DNA of 64,000 nucleotides from Ruminococcaceae bacterium UBA5413. GTDB taxonomy: Bacteria > Bacillota > Clostridia > Oscillospirales > Acutalibacteraceae. Below, piece by piece: positions 1 through 9,098 of this stretch (the first letter of the stretch is position 1; every line of letters starts with the position of its first letter). The stretch is taken from the NCBI GenBank assembly GCA_002409585.1, contig DHNP01000017.1:56468-120467 (forward strand). Reading direction: 5' to 3'. The notes below the pieces were generated by a model that made no database searches, was not told where the DNA came from, and saw nothing but the letters and a program-made list of their open reading frames with translations. The position numbers and the translations under genes were made by a program.

Positions 1-522
1 CTGATTTCGGCTGTTGCAAAGGAACTGCCTGGGATACCCGTCGGGGTTGTCGAAGGGGACATCGCTTCGTCAATCGATGCGGAAAAACTTGAAAAGCAGG
101 GGATACGCTCAGCACAAATAAACACCTGCGGGGAATGCCACCTTGATTCACACGTTATACGCGACGGCGCTGAGCAAATCGACATGCGCGACGGCATTAT
201 CTTCATTGAAAACGTCGGCAACCTCATCTGCCCGGCAGAGTTTGACCTCGGCGAAGCTACGCGGGTTCTCGCCGCGAGCGTGCCTGAGGGTGACGACAAA
301 CCGTTCAAATACACCCCGATGTTCAGCTACGCAGACGCCGTAGTCCTTACGAAATGCGACCTTAAAGAAGCCGTCGGCTTCGACACGGAGAATTTTTCAA
401 AGGGCCTCAGGGCTGTTTCGAAAGCCCCGGTTTTTGAAGTCAGCCTGAAAGACGGCGCGCAGCCGCTTGGCATTGCCAAATTTGCAGAGTACCTTAAAGA
501 AAAGTACCTTGCCCTGAAGTGA
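1..522 (+). CDS. hypB: Hydrogenase/urease nickel-incorporation GTPase HypB (5' truncated by the window edge)
   Basis: Frame 1 is open from base 1. It reads VVEGDIAS...INTCGECHLD...IENVGNLICPAEFDLGE...LTKCDL, the HypB G-domain motifs. Confidence 0.9.
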   Translation: MISAVAKELPGIPVGVVEGDIASSIDAEKLEKQGIRSAQINTCGECHLDSHVIRDGAEQIDMRDGIIFIENVGNLICPAEFDLGEATRVLAASVPEGDDKPFKYTPMFSYADAVVLTKCDLKEAVGFDTENFSKGLRAVSKAPVFEVSLKDGAQPLGIAKFAEYLKEKYLALK

Positions 523-584
523 CTTCCGGAAGGAACAGGCTGGGAACACAGCCGGCGCTATTTTTTAAGTTTGGATGTGAACAA

Positions 585-1004
585 ATGCGTATTGCTGTCA
601 TTGACGGGCAGGGCGGCGGTTTTGGAAAAGCAATTATTGAGAACATTCGCAGGAGCCTCGGCGAGGGCCCGTTTCTCATGGCGCTGGGGACAAACTCCCT
701 TGCGACTTCCATCATGCTGAAGGCTGGCGCAAATGAAGGCGCCACAGGAGAAAACGCCATCGTCATAAATGCGCCTGAAACGGACTTCATAGTTGGCAGC
801 ATCGCCATTATCGCGGCCGACTCCATGTGCGGGGAGCTTACCCCCGCTATGGCTAAGGCTGTGGCGGATGCCCCGGCAAAAAAGCTTTTAATTCCGCTGA
901 GCCGTTCCAACATTGACATTATGGGTGTAAACCGGAAACCCCTGCCTCACTATATTGACGACATGATTGCGTTTTTAAAAACGGCAGACGTACAGAAGGA
1001 GTGA
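585..1004 (+). CDS. DUF3842 family protein
   Basis: MRIAVIDGQGGGFGK...ALGTNSLATSIMLKAGANEGATGENAI is the DUF3842 pattern. ATG at 585 is preferred over the track start at 519. Confidence 0.8.
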   Translation: MRIAVIDGQGGGFGKAIIENIRRSLGEGPFLMALGTNSLATSIMLKAGANEGATGENAIVINAPETDFIVGSIAIIAADSMCGELTPAMAKAVADAPAKKLLIPLSRSNIDIMGVNRKPLPHYIDDMIAFLKTADVQKE

Positions 1005-1010
1005 CTGTTC

Positions 1011-1214
1011 ATGTGCGAAGCAAACGTCTATTTGCTGGATGAAAACGGGGAAGCAAGCCTGTACCTGGATGCGGTTGATAAGGTTGTCCCGCAGGACGAC
1101 GGTAAAATCAAAATGGAGAACATTTACGGTGAGCGCAAGACTATCCTTGCGAAAATTAAATATATGGAGCTTGTCGACCATAAAATTTTTTTAGAAAAGA
1201 CCGGTGAGCCGTAA
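1011..1214 (+). CDS. cooT: CooT family nickel-binding protein
   Basis: 67 aa; N-terminal MCEANVYL (Cys2) and C-terminal MELVDHKI are CooT hallmarks. RBS AAGGAG upstream. Confidence 0.85.
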   Translation: MCEANVYLLDENGEASLYLDAVDKVVPQDDGKIKMENIYGERKTILAKIKYMELVDHKIFLEKTGEP

Positions 1215-1268
1215 GACTTTCGAAATAAGGACGCCTTCGTGAAGCGTCTTGCTTTAAAAGGCAGGGAC

Positions 1269-1859
1269 TTACTGGCCGGCGGCGTGTTCAATAAAGATTT
1301 TAAGCCCTATGGCTATAAGGATAATGCCGCCGAATATTTCAGCCTTGCGCGAACAAAGCTCGCCGAACTTTTTGCCTATATATATCCCGGCGTAGCATAT
1401 GGCACACGTTATAATGCCTATGGTAACGACGGCGGCAAGCATTTGCGGCGCCGTGTGCGCGCCTATGGACGACGGCAGTATGACTCCCGCCGCAAGGGCG
1501 TCTATACTTGTGGCGACGGCAAGCCCCAGGAGTGTCTTGAGCTTTATTTTACCGCAGTGCGAGGGCTTTGGCGTGTCCCCGCGGTCTTTTTTAACAGCCT
1601 CCCGTATCATGTCAGCCCCGATGTAAGAAAGCAGCAGCAACGCTATCCAGTGGCTTACGGCGCCTATAAAGTTTTCTCCGGCTTTGCCTATAAACCAACC
1701 GGCGGCAGGCATGGCTGCCTGGAACAGCCCGAAGCACAGCGCAAACTTCGACGCATAGTTAAAAGTCACTTTCTCTGCGGCTGTGCCGCTTGCTATGCAT
1801 ACGGCGAACGCATCGGCGGCAAGGCCGACGGAGATGCCGAGCAGCGAAAAATAATCCAT
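1269..1859 (-). CDS. mntP: Manganese efflux pump MntP (DUF204)
   Basis: GLAADAFAV and ATSIDALAAG repeats, FGLFQAAMP, and six hydrophobic segments. Confidence 0.9.
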   Translation of the reverse strand: MDYFSLLGISVGLAADAFAVCIASGTAAEKVTFNYASKFALCFGLFQAAMPAAGWFIGKAGENFIGAVSHWIALLLLSYIGADMIREAVKKDRGDTPKPSHCGKIKLKTLLGLAVATSIDALAAGVILPSSIGAHTAPQMLAAVVTIGIITCAICYAGIYIGKKFGELCSRKAEIFGGIILIAIGLKIFIEHAAGQ

Positions 1860-2023
1860 AAGTTTTTTATCCTTATTTTTATAATATTTTATTGCTTAAA
1901 GATACACAGCATAAGCATTATATATAATTTAATATGCGGCGGCCTGCGTGTTTATAATTGCTGCGTCACAATAAGCAGCGCGTCCGGCTTAAAGAAAATA
2001 AATGGGCGCGGGCCTCAAAACGC

Positions 2024-2052
2024 TTGCATTTTATTTACAAATCTGATACTAT
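2024..2052 (+). promoter_or_regulatory. Putative sigmaA promoter of rpmB
   Basis: TTGCAT-N17-TACTAT with an extended -10 TG. Confidence 0.5.
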
Positions 2053-2100
2053 AATAACGTTGCCTTTTAGGGAGACCTTTGACGAAGGAGGTGTTGCCAT

Positions 2101-2289
2101 ATGGCAAAATGTGAAGTATGCGGCAAAGATGTATCTTTTGGTATACAGGTATCGCACTCGCACAGGCGTTCAAACAGGACTTGGAAACCGAATGTAAGGC
2201 GTGTAAAGGCTGTTGTTAACGGTTCACCTAAGCGTATATATGTTTGCACGCGCTGCCTGCGTTCAGGTAAAGTAAAGCGCGCAGTCTGA
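2101..2289 (+). CDS. rpmB: 50S ribosomal protein L28
   Basis: MAKCEVCGK...SHSHRRSNRTWKPNV...CTRCLRSGKV, the Zn-ribbon L28 form. RBS GGAGGTG. Confidence 0.97.
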   Translation: MAKCEVCGKDVSFGIQVSHSHRRSNRTWKPNVRRVKAVVNGSPKRIYVCTRCLRSGKVKRAV

Positions 2290-2306
2290 CGTTTACGTCC
2301 GGCCGC

Positions 2307-2335
2307 AAAAAGGGACCTTTAAAGGTTCCTTTTTT
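2307..2335 (+). terminator. Intrinsic terminator after rpmB, probably bidirectional with der
   Basis: AAAAAGGGACC-TTTAAA-GGTTCCTTTTT hairpin with A/T tracts on both sides, between convergent genes. Confidence 0.75.
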
Positions 2336-2403
2336 ATTATACGTAAAGTAATATCAATAATATTTAAAACATACGGTATGCCGCCCGCACAGGGCGCGCA
2401 TAC

Positions 2404-3729
2404 TTATTTTTTGTCTCCACGCTCGCGCACAACTATGCGTATGGGCGTGCCTGTGAAGCCGAACGTTTCACGTATTGTATTTTCGAGGTAACGCCGGTAA
2501 GAAAAATGGAACAGTTCGGCCGAGTTTACGAAAAAGACGAACGTAGGCGGCTTTATGCCTGTCTGCGTGAGGTAATATATTTTAAGGCGCCTGCCCTTGT
2601 CTGTCGGCGGCTGTACCCTTGCCGCCGCCTGCGCGAGCATGTCGTTTAGCGTTCCGGTAGATATGCGCTTGCTGCCGGAGCGCGCGGCCTCGCCTGCGGC
2701 TTCGAAAAGTTCGCCGAGCCTTTGGCCGGTTTTTACAGAAATAAATACTATGCGCGCGTAGGGCATAAATGAAAAGTCGTTTTTAAGCGATTTTTCATAT
2801 TCGCGCATGGTACCGCCGCTCTTTTCGACGGCATCCCATTTGTTGACGGCTATGACGCAGCCTTTACCGGACTCATGTGCAAGGCCGGCTACTTTTGAGT
2901 CCTGCTCCGTAAACCCTTCAACAGCGTCTATCATTATCACGCATACGTCGGAATTTTCTATGGCCGACTGCGCGCGCAGGATGCTGTACTTTTCTACGGA
3001 GTCCGTGACTCGGCTTTTTTTGCGGAGGCCGGCAGTGTCTGTAAGCGTGAAGCTCCCGTATTCGTTCTCTATGCGTATATCAACGGCGTCGCGCGTGGTG
3101 CCGGCAGCGTCGGACACTATGCAGCGTTCCTGGCCGGATATTTTATTTACAAGGGAGGACTTGCCTACGTTAGGCTTGCCTATGACGGCTATCCTGATGC
3201 CGGCTTCGGTTGCAGCCGCGCTTTCCTGCGCGGGCATGGCGTTTATGACCATGTCGAGCAGGTCGCCTGTCCCATGGCCATGTACGGACGACACGCATAC
3301 TGGGTCGCCGAGCCCGAGGCTGTAGAACTCGTAAAACTCAGGCGGCGGGCCGCCTACGCTGTCGCATTTGTTTACGCACAGCACAACGGGTTTGCCGCTT
3401 TTGAGGAGCATGTTTGCTATGTCCGCGTCTTCGGCTGTTACACCGCAGCGTATGTCGGTGACAAAAATGATGACGTCGGCCGTCTCTATGGCAAGCTCTG
3501 CCTGCATGCGCGTGCGTGACAGAATCTCATCTTTCGGGTTTGACTCAATGCCGCCGGTGTCCGCTATGGAAAAGCGCCTTCCGCACCACTCGCATTTTGC
3601 GTATATTCTGTCACGCGTGACGCCCGGCGTGTCGTCTACTATTGAAAGCCGCCGCCCGGCGAGCTTATTAAAAAGCGTCGACTTGCCTACGTTGGGGCGT
3701 CCGACGATTGCAACAACAGGTTCCGGCAT
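2404..3729 (-). CDS. der: Ribosome biogenesis GTPase Der (EngA)
   Basis: Tandem G domains (GRPNVGKST, GKPNVGKSS, DTGG/DTAG, NKCD/NKWD) plus KH-like C-terminus. ATG at 3729 follows AGGAG. Confidence 0.97.
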   Translation of the reverse strand: MPEPVVAIVGRPNVGKSTLFNKLAGRRLSIVDDTPGVTRDRIYAKCEWCGRRFSIADTGGIESNPKDEILSRTRMQAELAIETADVIIFVTDIRCGVTAEDADIANMLLKSGKPVVLCVNKCDSVGGPPPEFYEFYSLGLGDPVCVSSVHGHGTGDLLDMVINAMPAQESAAATEAGIRIAVIGKPNVGKSSLVNKISGQERCIVSDAAGTTRDAVDIRIENEYGSFTLTDTAGLRKKSRVTDSVEKYSILRAQSAIENSDVCVIMIDAVEGFTEQDSKVAGLAHESGKGCVIAVNKWDAVEKSGGTMREYEKSLKNDFSFMPYARIVFISVKTGQRLGELFEAAGEAARSGSKRISTGTLNDMLAQAAARVQPPTDKGRRLKIYYLTQTGIKPPTFVFFVNSAELFHFSYRRYLENTIRETFGFTGTPIRIVVRERGDKK

Positions 3730-3819
3730 TTTTACCACTCCTACCTAATTTACAGCCCCGTTAAACCGCGGCCGTCCGCGGCTTAACGGGGAACGTCAAA
3801 AAATCCTTATAACACAAAA

Positions 3820-3845
3820 GTGGAGAAGGATTGCTCCTTCTCCAC
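3820..3845 (-). terminator. Intrinsic terminator after rpmF
   Basis: GTGGAGAAGGA-loop-TCCTTCTCCAC, followed by a T-tract on the minus strand. Confidence 0.75.
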
Positions 3846-3864
3846 GCTTAAGGCACAACATGGA

Positions 3865-4047
3865 TTAAGCTTCTTTTTTAACCACTTCACGGCCTTTGTA
3901 ATAACCGCAGTTGCCGCACACTTTGTGCGGAACTGTCCACTCGCCGCACTTTGGGCACTTAACCAGAGTAGGAGCGCTCATTTTCCAAACGTTGGAACGC
4001 CTTTTGTTTTGCCTCGCACTTGACTGTTTTCTCTTTGGTACCGCCAT
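3865..4047 (-). CDS. rpmF: 50S ribosomal protein L32
   Basis: MAVPKRKQS...CPKCG...HKVCGNCGYY. RBS GGAGGTG. Confidence 0.97.
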   Translation of the reverse strand: MAVPKRKQSSARQNKRRSNVWKMSAPTLVKCPKCGEWTVPHKVCGNCGYYKGREVVKKEA

Positions 4048-4080
4048 ATTCAGCACCTCCTTAAATTCTTAAAAACGCAC

Positions 4081-4581
4081 TCAATGTATTAACTTTCCAA
4101 GCGTGCCCGCAGCGGCCCTGTCTTTTGTGATGTCTTCGCAGTCACACGGGCCGTCGTTTAAATTTTTTCCGCACCTTGGGCAAAGGCCCCTGCAGTCGGC
4201 GCGGCATAAAAACTTTGTCGGAAGTTCAAGCAGTATGTCTTCCCTTATAAGGTCATCAAGGTTGAGCACGCCGTTTACCGCTTCTATGAGTTCCCCCGCG
4301 TCGTCTTTGTTTTCAAGATAAGGCACCGCGACGTGGGAAAATTTAAAACCGTAATGCCTGTCAACCTGCCTTGCACACCTGTCGCACGGTATGGAAAAAT
4401 CAAACGAAACAAATGCGCTGAGCAATGCTGAACCGTCAAGGCTTTTTGCTTCGCCCTTTACACGGACAGGCGAAACGAAAGGGTACACTCCGTTCATTGA
4501 TATTCCGGATAAATCAATACTGTAATCGAAAGGCCTGCTTTCGGTTTTTTCAGCGAATAAATCTTTTAAATCAAGAAGCAT
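4081..4581 (-). CDS. YceD/DUF177 family protein
   Basis: CDRC and LCRADCRGLCPRCG motifs, in the conserved position upstream of rpmF. Confidence 0.9.
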   Translation of the reverse strand: MLLDLKDLFAEKTESRPFDYSIDLSGISMNGVYPFVSPVRVKGEAKSLDGSALLSAFVSFDFSIPCDRCARQVDRHYGFKFSHVAVPYLENKDDAGELIEAVNGVLNLDDLIREDILLELPTKFLCRADCRGLCPRCGKNLNDGPCDCEDITKDRAAAGTLGKLIH

Positions 4582-4664
4582 ACCACACCTCGGCACTACA
4601 ATTTTTAATTATATAAGTTTGGAACAATTTTGTCAACAACATTTTTAACAGCGCTTCTTAAAAA

Positions 4665-5081
4665 TCAGACTGCTGTCGAAACGGACTTTATCCCGTCGGG
4701 GAGCGTGCTTTGGTCGGCAGAGATGAGGAGCGTTATCTTAGTATCGGCAAGCGACGAGAGTTTATTCATTTTTTCAATAAAAGCTGTAAGCACCGTTATG
4801 TCCTGGCCGATTATCTTAAGCGTCGAGTCTACAAAAATATCCGTCACGTCGTAGTTGCCGGCGCATATCCCGCAGATGAAGCCGCCGAGCGCGTCGGCGC
4901 CGCGTATGCCGTACGAGTCTATGTCTATGAGCCTTGCCTTGTGCGATATGTCGTACGTGAGGCCGCTGCCTTTTTCTATGACGACTACGTTTCCGTTTGA
5001 CTTGCCCACTGCCTCGTTAGCGCTGTCGACGAGCCTTTTTGTTTTACCTGTTCCCTTTTTACCTACTATAATGTTGATCAT
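4665..5081 (-). CDS. Conserved clostridial small P-loop-like hypothetical protein
   Basis: MINIIVGKKGTGKTK Walker A-like motif, FICGICAGNYDV, strong RBS GGAGG. Confidence 0.7.
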   Translation of the reverse strand: MINIIVGKKGTGKTKRLVDSANEAVGKSNGNVVVIEKGSGLTYDISHKARLIDIDSYGIRGADALGGFICGICAGNYDVTDIFVDSTLKIIGQDITVLTAFIEKMNKLSSLADTKITLLISADQSTLPDGIKSVSTAV

Positions 5082-5122
5082 TTTAATCTCCTCCAATTAC
5101 AATTAATTATCGTTATGCGCCG

Positions 5123-6460
5123 TTACCTTAGGCGCGCTTCGAGCGCGGATTTTTCGTTTTCGTAACCTGGTTTTCCCAAAAGCGCAAACATATTCTTTTT
5201 ATAGCTTTCGACGCCGGGCTGGTTAAATGGATTGACACCTTCAAGGTAGCCTGAAACAGCGCATGCTTTTTCAAAGAAATATATGAGGTAGCCCAAGGTT
5301 TTTTCGGAAAAATCCTCGGCGTGCAGCACTGTGTTGGGTACGCCGCCGTCTGTGTGCGCAAGCACTGTGCCCTCAAAGGCTTTTTCGTTTATATAAGACA
5401 TGTTTTTACCTGCGAGGAAGTTAAGGCCGTCGGCGTTTTCGGCATCCTCTTTTATGGTTATGTCGCGTTTAGGCTTGTCGAACAAAACGACGGTTTCAGT
5501 AAGGAATCGGCGCCCCTGCTGGATGTACTGGCCCATGGAGTGAAGGTCTGTTGAAAAGATGACGGAAGCGGGGAACATGCCCTTGCCGTTTTTGCCGCAG
5601 CTCTCGCCGAAGAGCTGCTTCCACCATTCACACATCATTTGGAAACAGGGTTCGTAGCTTACGAGGATTTCGACTTCTTTGCCTTTCCTTGACAATATGC
5701 TGCGTATGGCAGCGTACTTGTAGCAGCCGTTTTTGTTAAGGTCAGGCTCGGCCAGCTCCTCGCGCGCGTTTGCGGCGCCCTGCATAAGGCCGTCTATGTC
5801 TATGCCGGCGACGGCTATCGGCAGCAGCCCGACGGCTGTGAGGACGGAGTAGCGCCCGCCGACGTCGTCCGGCACTACGAACGACTCGTAGCCTTCTTTT
5901 ACGGCAAGCTGCTTTAAAGTACCCTTTGCCTTGTCTGTCGTGCAGTAAATGCGCTTTTTAGCTTCTTCTTTTCCGTATTTATTTTCCAGAAATTCACGGA
6001 AAATACGAAAAGCGACCGCTGGTTCGGTCGTTGTACCGGATTTCGATATCATATTGATGGAAACGTCTTTGCCCTCGCATATGTCGAGCAGCTCGCCCAA
6101 AGCCGCGGGGCTTATGCTGTTGCCTGTAAAGTAAACGTCGGGCGTGTCTTTTTTAAGGGCGTTGTAGTTTTGTGATTTTACGCACTCTATGACGGCGCGC
6201 GCGCCGAGGTAAGAGCCGCCTATGCCTATGACTATGAAGACGTCCGAGTTTGAGCGTATCCTTTTGGCGGCTGACTTTATGCGCGCAAATTCCTCTTTAT
6301 CGTAATTTACCGGAAGGTCCACCCAGCCCAAAAAGCCGTTTCCCAGCCCGGTGCCGCCGTGCAGCGTTTCGTGTGCGAGCCTGACGGGAGCTTCCATAGC
6401 TTGGTATTCTTCTTCGTTTATAAAGCCTGTAAGATGTTTGGCATCCAGTGTGACAGACAT
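5123..6460 (-). CDS. pgi: Glucose-6-phosphate isomerase
   Basis: [31 protein letters not shown] and [13 protein letters not shown] motifs. Confidence 0.96.
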   Translation of the reverse strand: MSVTLDAKHLTGFINEEEYQAMEAPVRLAHETLHGGTGLGNGFLGWVDLPVNYDKEEFARIKSAAKRIRSNSDVFIVIGIGGSYLGARAVIECVKSQNYNALKKDTPDVYFTGNSISPAALGELLDICEGKDVSINMISKSGTTTEPAVAFRIFREFLENKYGKEEAKKRIYCTTDKAKGTLKQLAVKEGYESFVVPDDVGGRYSVLTAVGLLPIAVAGIDIDGLMQGAANAREELAEPDLNKNGCYKYAAIRSILSRKGKEVEILVSYEPCFQMMCEWWKQLFGESCGKNGKGMFPASVIFSTDLHSMGQYIQQGRRFLTETVVLFDKPKRDITIKEDAENADGLNFLAGKNMSYINEKAFEGTVLAHTDGGVPNTVLHAEDFSEKTLGYLIYFFEKACAVSGYLEGVNPFNQPGVESYKKNMFALLGKPGYENEKSALEARLR

Positions 6461-6636
6461 GTTATAACCCCCTATAACTTAACTTTCCATAAACTTATTT
6501 TACAATATCCGGCTCTCATTTGCAAGAAGGAACAAAGTTATTTACAAAATATTATTATTTGCCGGTATTTTTGCGCATCCGCGCGGACAAAAAGGCAAAA
6601 ATTTTCCCGCCGTCCGTGCCGCGGCGGGAAACATTA

Positions 6637-7803
6637 TCAAGCCCCCATATTTATAAGGTTTTTAAACAAAAGCCCGAAAGAAGCCCTGAACGTTATTTCG
6701 GCTACGTCGTTTTTAGCGCATATGCCGTACTCCTTAAGCGTTTTGCCGTCGAGGGTAAAGACGACTTTGCCGACGGACTGCCCTTCTTTTACTGGGGCTT
6801 TTACATTTTTGTCAGTAGTCACGGAGCTTTTGACGTCTTTGGCCCTGCCTTTGGGGACAAGTATGCTGCCTGACTTTGTCACATCGGTCTGCACCTGCGG
6901 CTCCATGCCGTTTGACACGCTTACGGGCAGGCGGGCGGTTTCCGGCACCGCCGGTTCGGCGACTTCCCAGTTTGCAAAGCCGTAGTCCAAAAGCGTGCGC
7001 GCCGCCGCGAAACGGTCTTTTGTGTTGGAACTGCCGAGCACGACTGCTATGAGGCTTACGCCGTTCCTCTCGGCCGTCGCTGAGATGCAGCTGCCGGCCT
7101 TGCCTGTAGTGCCGGTTTTAAGCCCGGTTATGCCGTCGTAGTATTTTACGAGCTTGTTTGTGTTTACGAGCTGCGTTTTGCCGCCGCGCAGGTAGTCTAT
7201 CCACACTTTTGTATATTTGAATATTTTATCGTGCTTTATAAGTTCACGCGACATTATGGCGACATCGTTTGCCGAGGTAAGGTGGCCGTCTTCGTCGAGG
7301 CCGTTGCAGTTTTTAAACGTAGTGTCGTTCATTTGGAGCTTTTTTGCCTTTTCGTTCATCTGCTTTACAAATTCGTCCTCGCTTCCCGCAACGTACTCGG
7401 CCAGGGCGGTAGCCGTGTCGTTGGCGCTCGCTATGACGGTTGCTTTCAGCATGTCGTCCACAGTCATGGTTTCGCCGGACTTGAGCCATATCTGCGAGCC
7501 GCCCATGGAAGATGCGTGGTCGCTTGCGGTTACCGTGTCGTCAAGCCCTATTTTGCCGGAATCTATGGCTTCCATAACGAGTAAAAGCGTCATCACTTTA
7601 GTTATGGAGGCGCAGCAGCGCTTTTCATGCGGATTTTTTTCAAAAAGCGTTTTTCCGGTGTTTGCTTCAACAAGTACGGCCGAAGGCGCGTTCACCTCGT
7701 CGTTTGTAAGTGCCGACGCACTTACGGGCAGGCATGAAATCGTAAGCAAAACGGCAAGCGAAAAAGCAGCCGCTTTTTTGAGCTTCAAGACAAGCACCCC
7801 CAA
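6637..7803 (-). CDS. dacF: D-alanyl-D-alanine carboxypeptidase, DacF-like (peptidase S11)
   Basis: SITK (SxxK), SAN (SxN) and KTG motifs, signal peptide and PBP5 C-domain. The exact start is uncertain. Confidence 0.85.
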   Translation of the reverse strand: MGVLVLKLKKAAAFSLAVLLTISCLPVSASALTNDEVNAPSAVLVEANTGKTLFEKNPHEKRCCASITKVMTLLLVMEAIDSGKIGLDDTVTASDHASSMGGSQIWLKSGETMTVDDMLKATVIASANDTATALAEYVAGSEDEFVKQMNEKAKKLQMNDTTFKNCNGLDEDGHLTSANDVAIMSRELIKHDKIFKYTKVWIDYLRGGKTQLVNTNKLVKYYDGITGLKTGTTGKAGSCISATAERNGVSLIAVVLGSSNTKDRFAAARTLLDYGFANWEVAEPAVPETARLPVSVSNGMEPQVQTDVTKSGSILVPKGRAKDVKSSVTTDKNVKAPVKEGQSVGKVVFTLDGKTLKEYGICAKNDVAEITFRASFGLLFKNLINMGA

Positions 7804-7935
7804 AAATAAAGATGGCGTTTCGCCGCTTTTTCGCTTCGGGCAGCGCGCGCCCTTTATTAAATCTTATGCCGATCCGGGGCGTTCTATCCATTAAAATTCA
7901 TGTTTGGAGCATACGCTGAAAATGGCGCCGTATAC

Positions 7936-7963
7936 TTGTAATTTATCGTTTCTGTGTTATAAT
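7936..7963 (+). promoter_or_regulatory. Putative sigmaA promoter of corA with ~120 nt leader
   Basis: TTGTAA-N16-TATAAT with an extended -10 TG. Confidence 0.55.
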
Positions 7964-8090
7964 AACAACTGTATTTAAGATACGGATAAAACTGCGCGGG
8001 GCGCGTCTTTGTCCATGAACGGAGGTGGCATTGTGAAACCTGACCCTTTAGGTGATTGTACAGTAAAATTTAATAAAGGAGATGAACACA

Positions 8091-9014
8091 ATGCTGTCCT
8101 ACTACAAGACCGTGGATGGAAGCATTACCCGTATAGGCGGCTGTACCAAGGGCTGCTGGATAAACTGCGTTGAGCCGTCCGACAGCGAGATAAACGGCCT
8201 TATTTCCGACTTTAACATCGAGCCGGATTTTTTTCGCGCCGCTATGGATGAAGAGGAGTCGTCGCACATAGACCACGAGGGCGACAACACGCTCATCATC
8301 ATAGACATACCGGTAGTCGAAAAAGAAGGAAAAAACATCACCTACACGACCATGCCTCTCGGCATCATCGCTACTGAGGAAAACGTCATAACGGTTTCGA
8401 TTAAAGATAATTCCATAGTAAAGGAATTTGCCGGCGGAGCCGTAAAAAACGCGGAAACAAACCTGCGCACGCGGTTTATACTCGCTCTTATGCTTCGAGT
8501 GGCCGTAAGGTACCTGCAGTACCTTAAGCAAATAGAGAAAATAAGCAATTATGTTGAGACAGAGCTTCGCGCATCCATGAAAAACTCGGAGCTTCTGCAG
8601 CTTTTGGATATTGAAAAGTCCCTTGTTTATTTTTCATCTTCGCTTAAGGGCAACCAGATAACGCTTGAAAAAATAATGCGCGGGCGCGTGATAAAGCTGT
8701 ACGAAGACGACCAGGACCTGCTTGAGGACGTGCTTATAGAAGTAAAGCAGGCCATCGAGATGACTACTATCTACCTTAACATACTTTCGGGCACCATGGA
8801 TGCTTTCGCATCGGTTATTTCCAATAATTTAAACATAGTTATGAAAGTACTCGCCTCCATAACGCTGCTGTTTTCCATACCGGCGGTTATTTCAGGCTTT
8901 TACGGCATGAACGTAAGCAATATACCGATGGCAAGCTTTTGGTTTCCGACGCTTATAACCGCGGTATGCATGCTTATAGGGTACTTTATCCTGCGCAGGA
9001 AGAATATGCTTTAA
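8091..9014 (+). CDS. corA: CorA family magnesium transporter
   Basis: GFYGMNV signature, two C-terminal TM helices, RBS AAGGAG 9 nt before the ATG at 8091. Confidence 0.92.
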   Translation: MLSYYKTVDGSITRIGGCTKGCWINCVEPSDSEINGLISDFNIEPDFFRAAMDEEESSHIDHEGDNTLIIIDIPVVEKEGKNITYTTMPLGIIATEENVITVSIKDNSIVKEFAGGAVKNAETNLRTRFILALMLRVAVRYLQYLKQIEKISNYVETELRASMKNSELLQLLDIEKSLVYFSSSLKGNQITLEKIMRGRVIKLYEDDQDLLEDVLIEVKQAIEMTTIYLNILSGTMDAFASVISNNLNIVMKVLASITLLFSIPAVISGFYGMNVSNIPMASFWFPTLITAVCMLIGYFILRRKNML

Positions 9015-9048
9015 TACGGGCGTGTTTTTACACCGCTTTTATCTGTAC

Positions 9049-9078
9049 AAAAGGAGACTGCGCCGCGGTTTCCTTTTT
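9049..9078 (+). terminator. Intrinsic terminator after corA
   Basis: AAAAGGAGACTGC-gcc-GCGGTTTCCTTTT hairpin plus T-tract. Confidence 0.6.
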
Positions 9079-9098
9079 ATAATCCGGGGGCTGTTAAT

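Noticed and set aside
1860-2020. yybP-ykoY Mn riboswitch expected upstream of mntP
   Set aside because: I could not find its conserved elements by eye; an Rfam search would be needed to exclude it.
1239-2054. 271-aa plus-strand ORF
   Set aside because: Antisense shadow of mntP that runs into an AT-rich promoter region; no recognisable motifs.
7965-8090. M-box (ykoK) riboswitch upstream of corA
   Set aside because: The leader is short and shows no recognisable M-box pattern; the uORF is reported instead.
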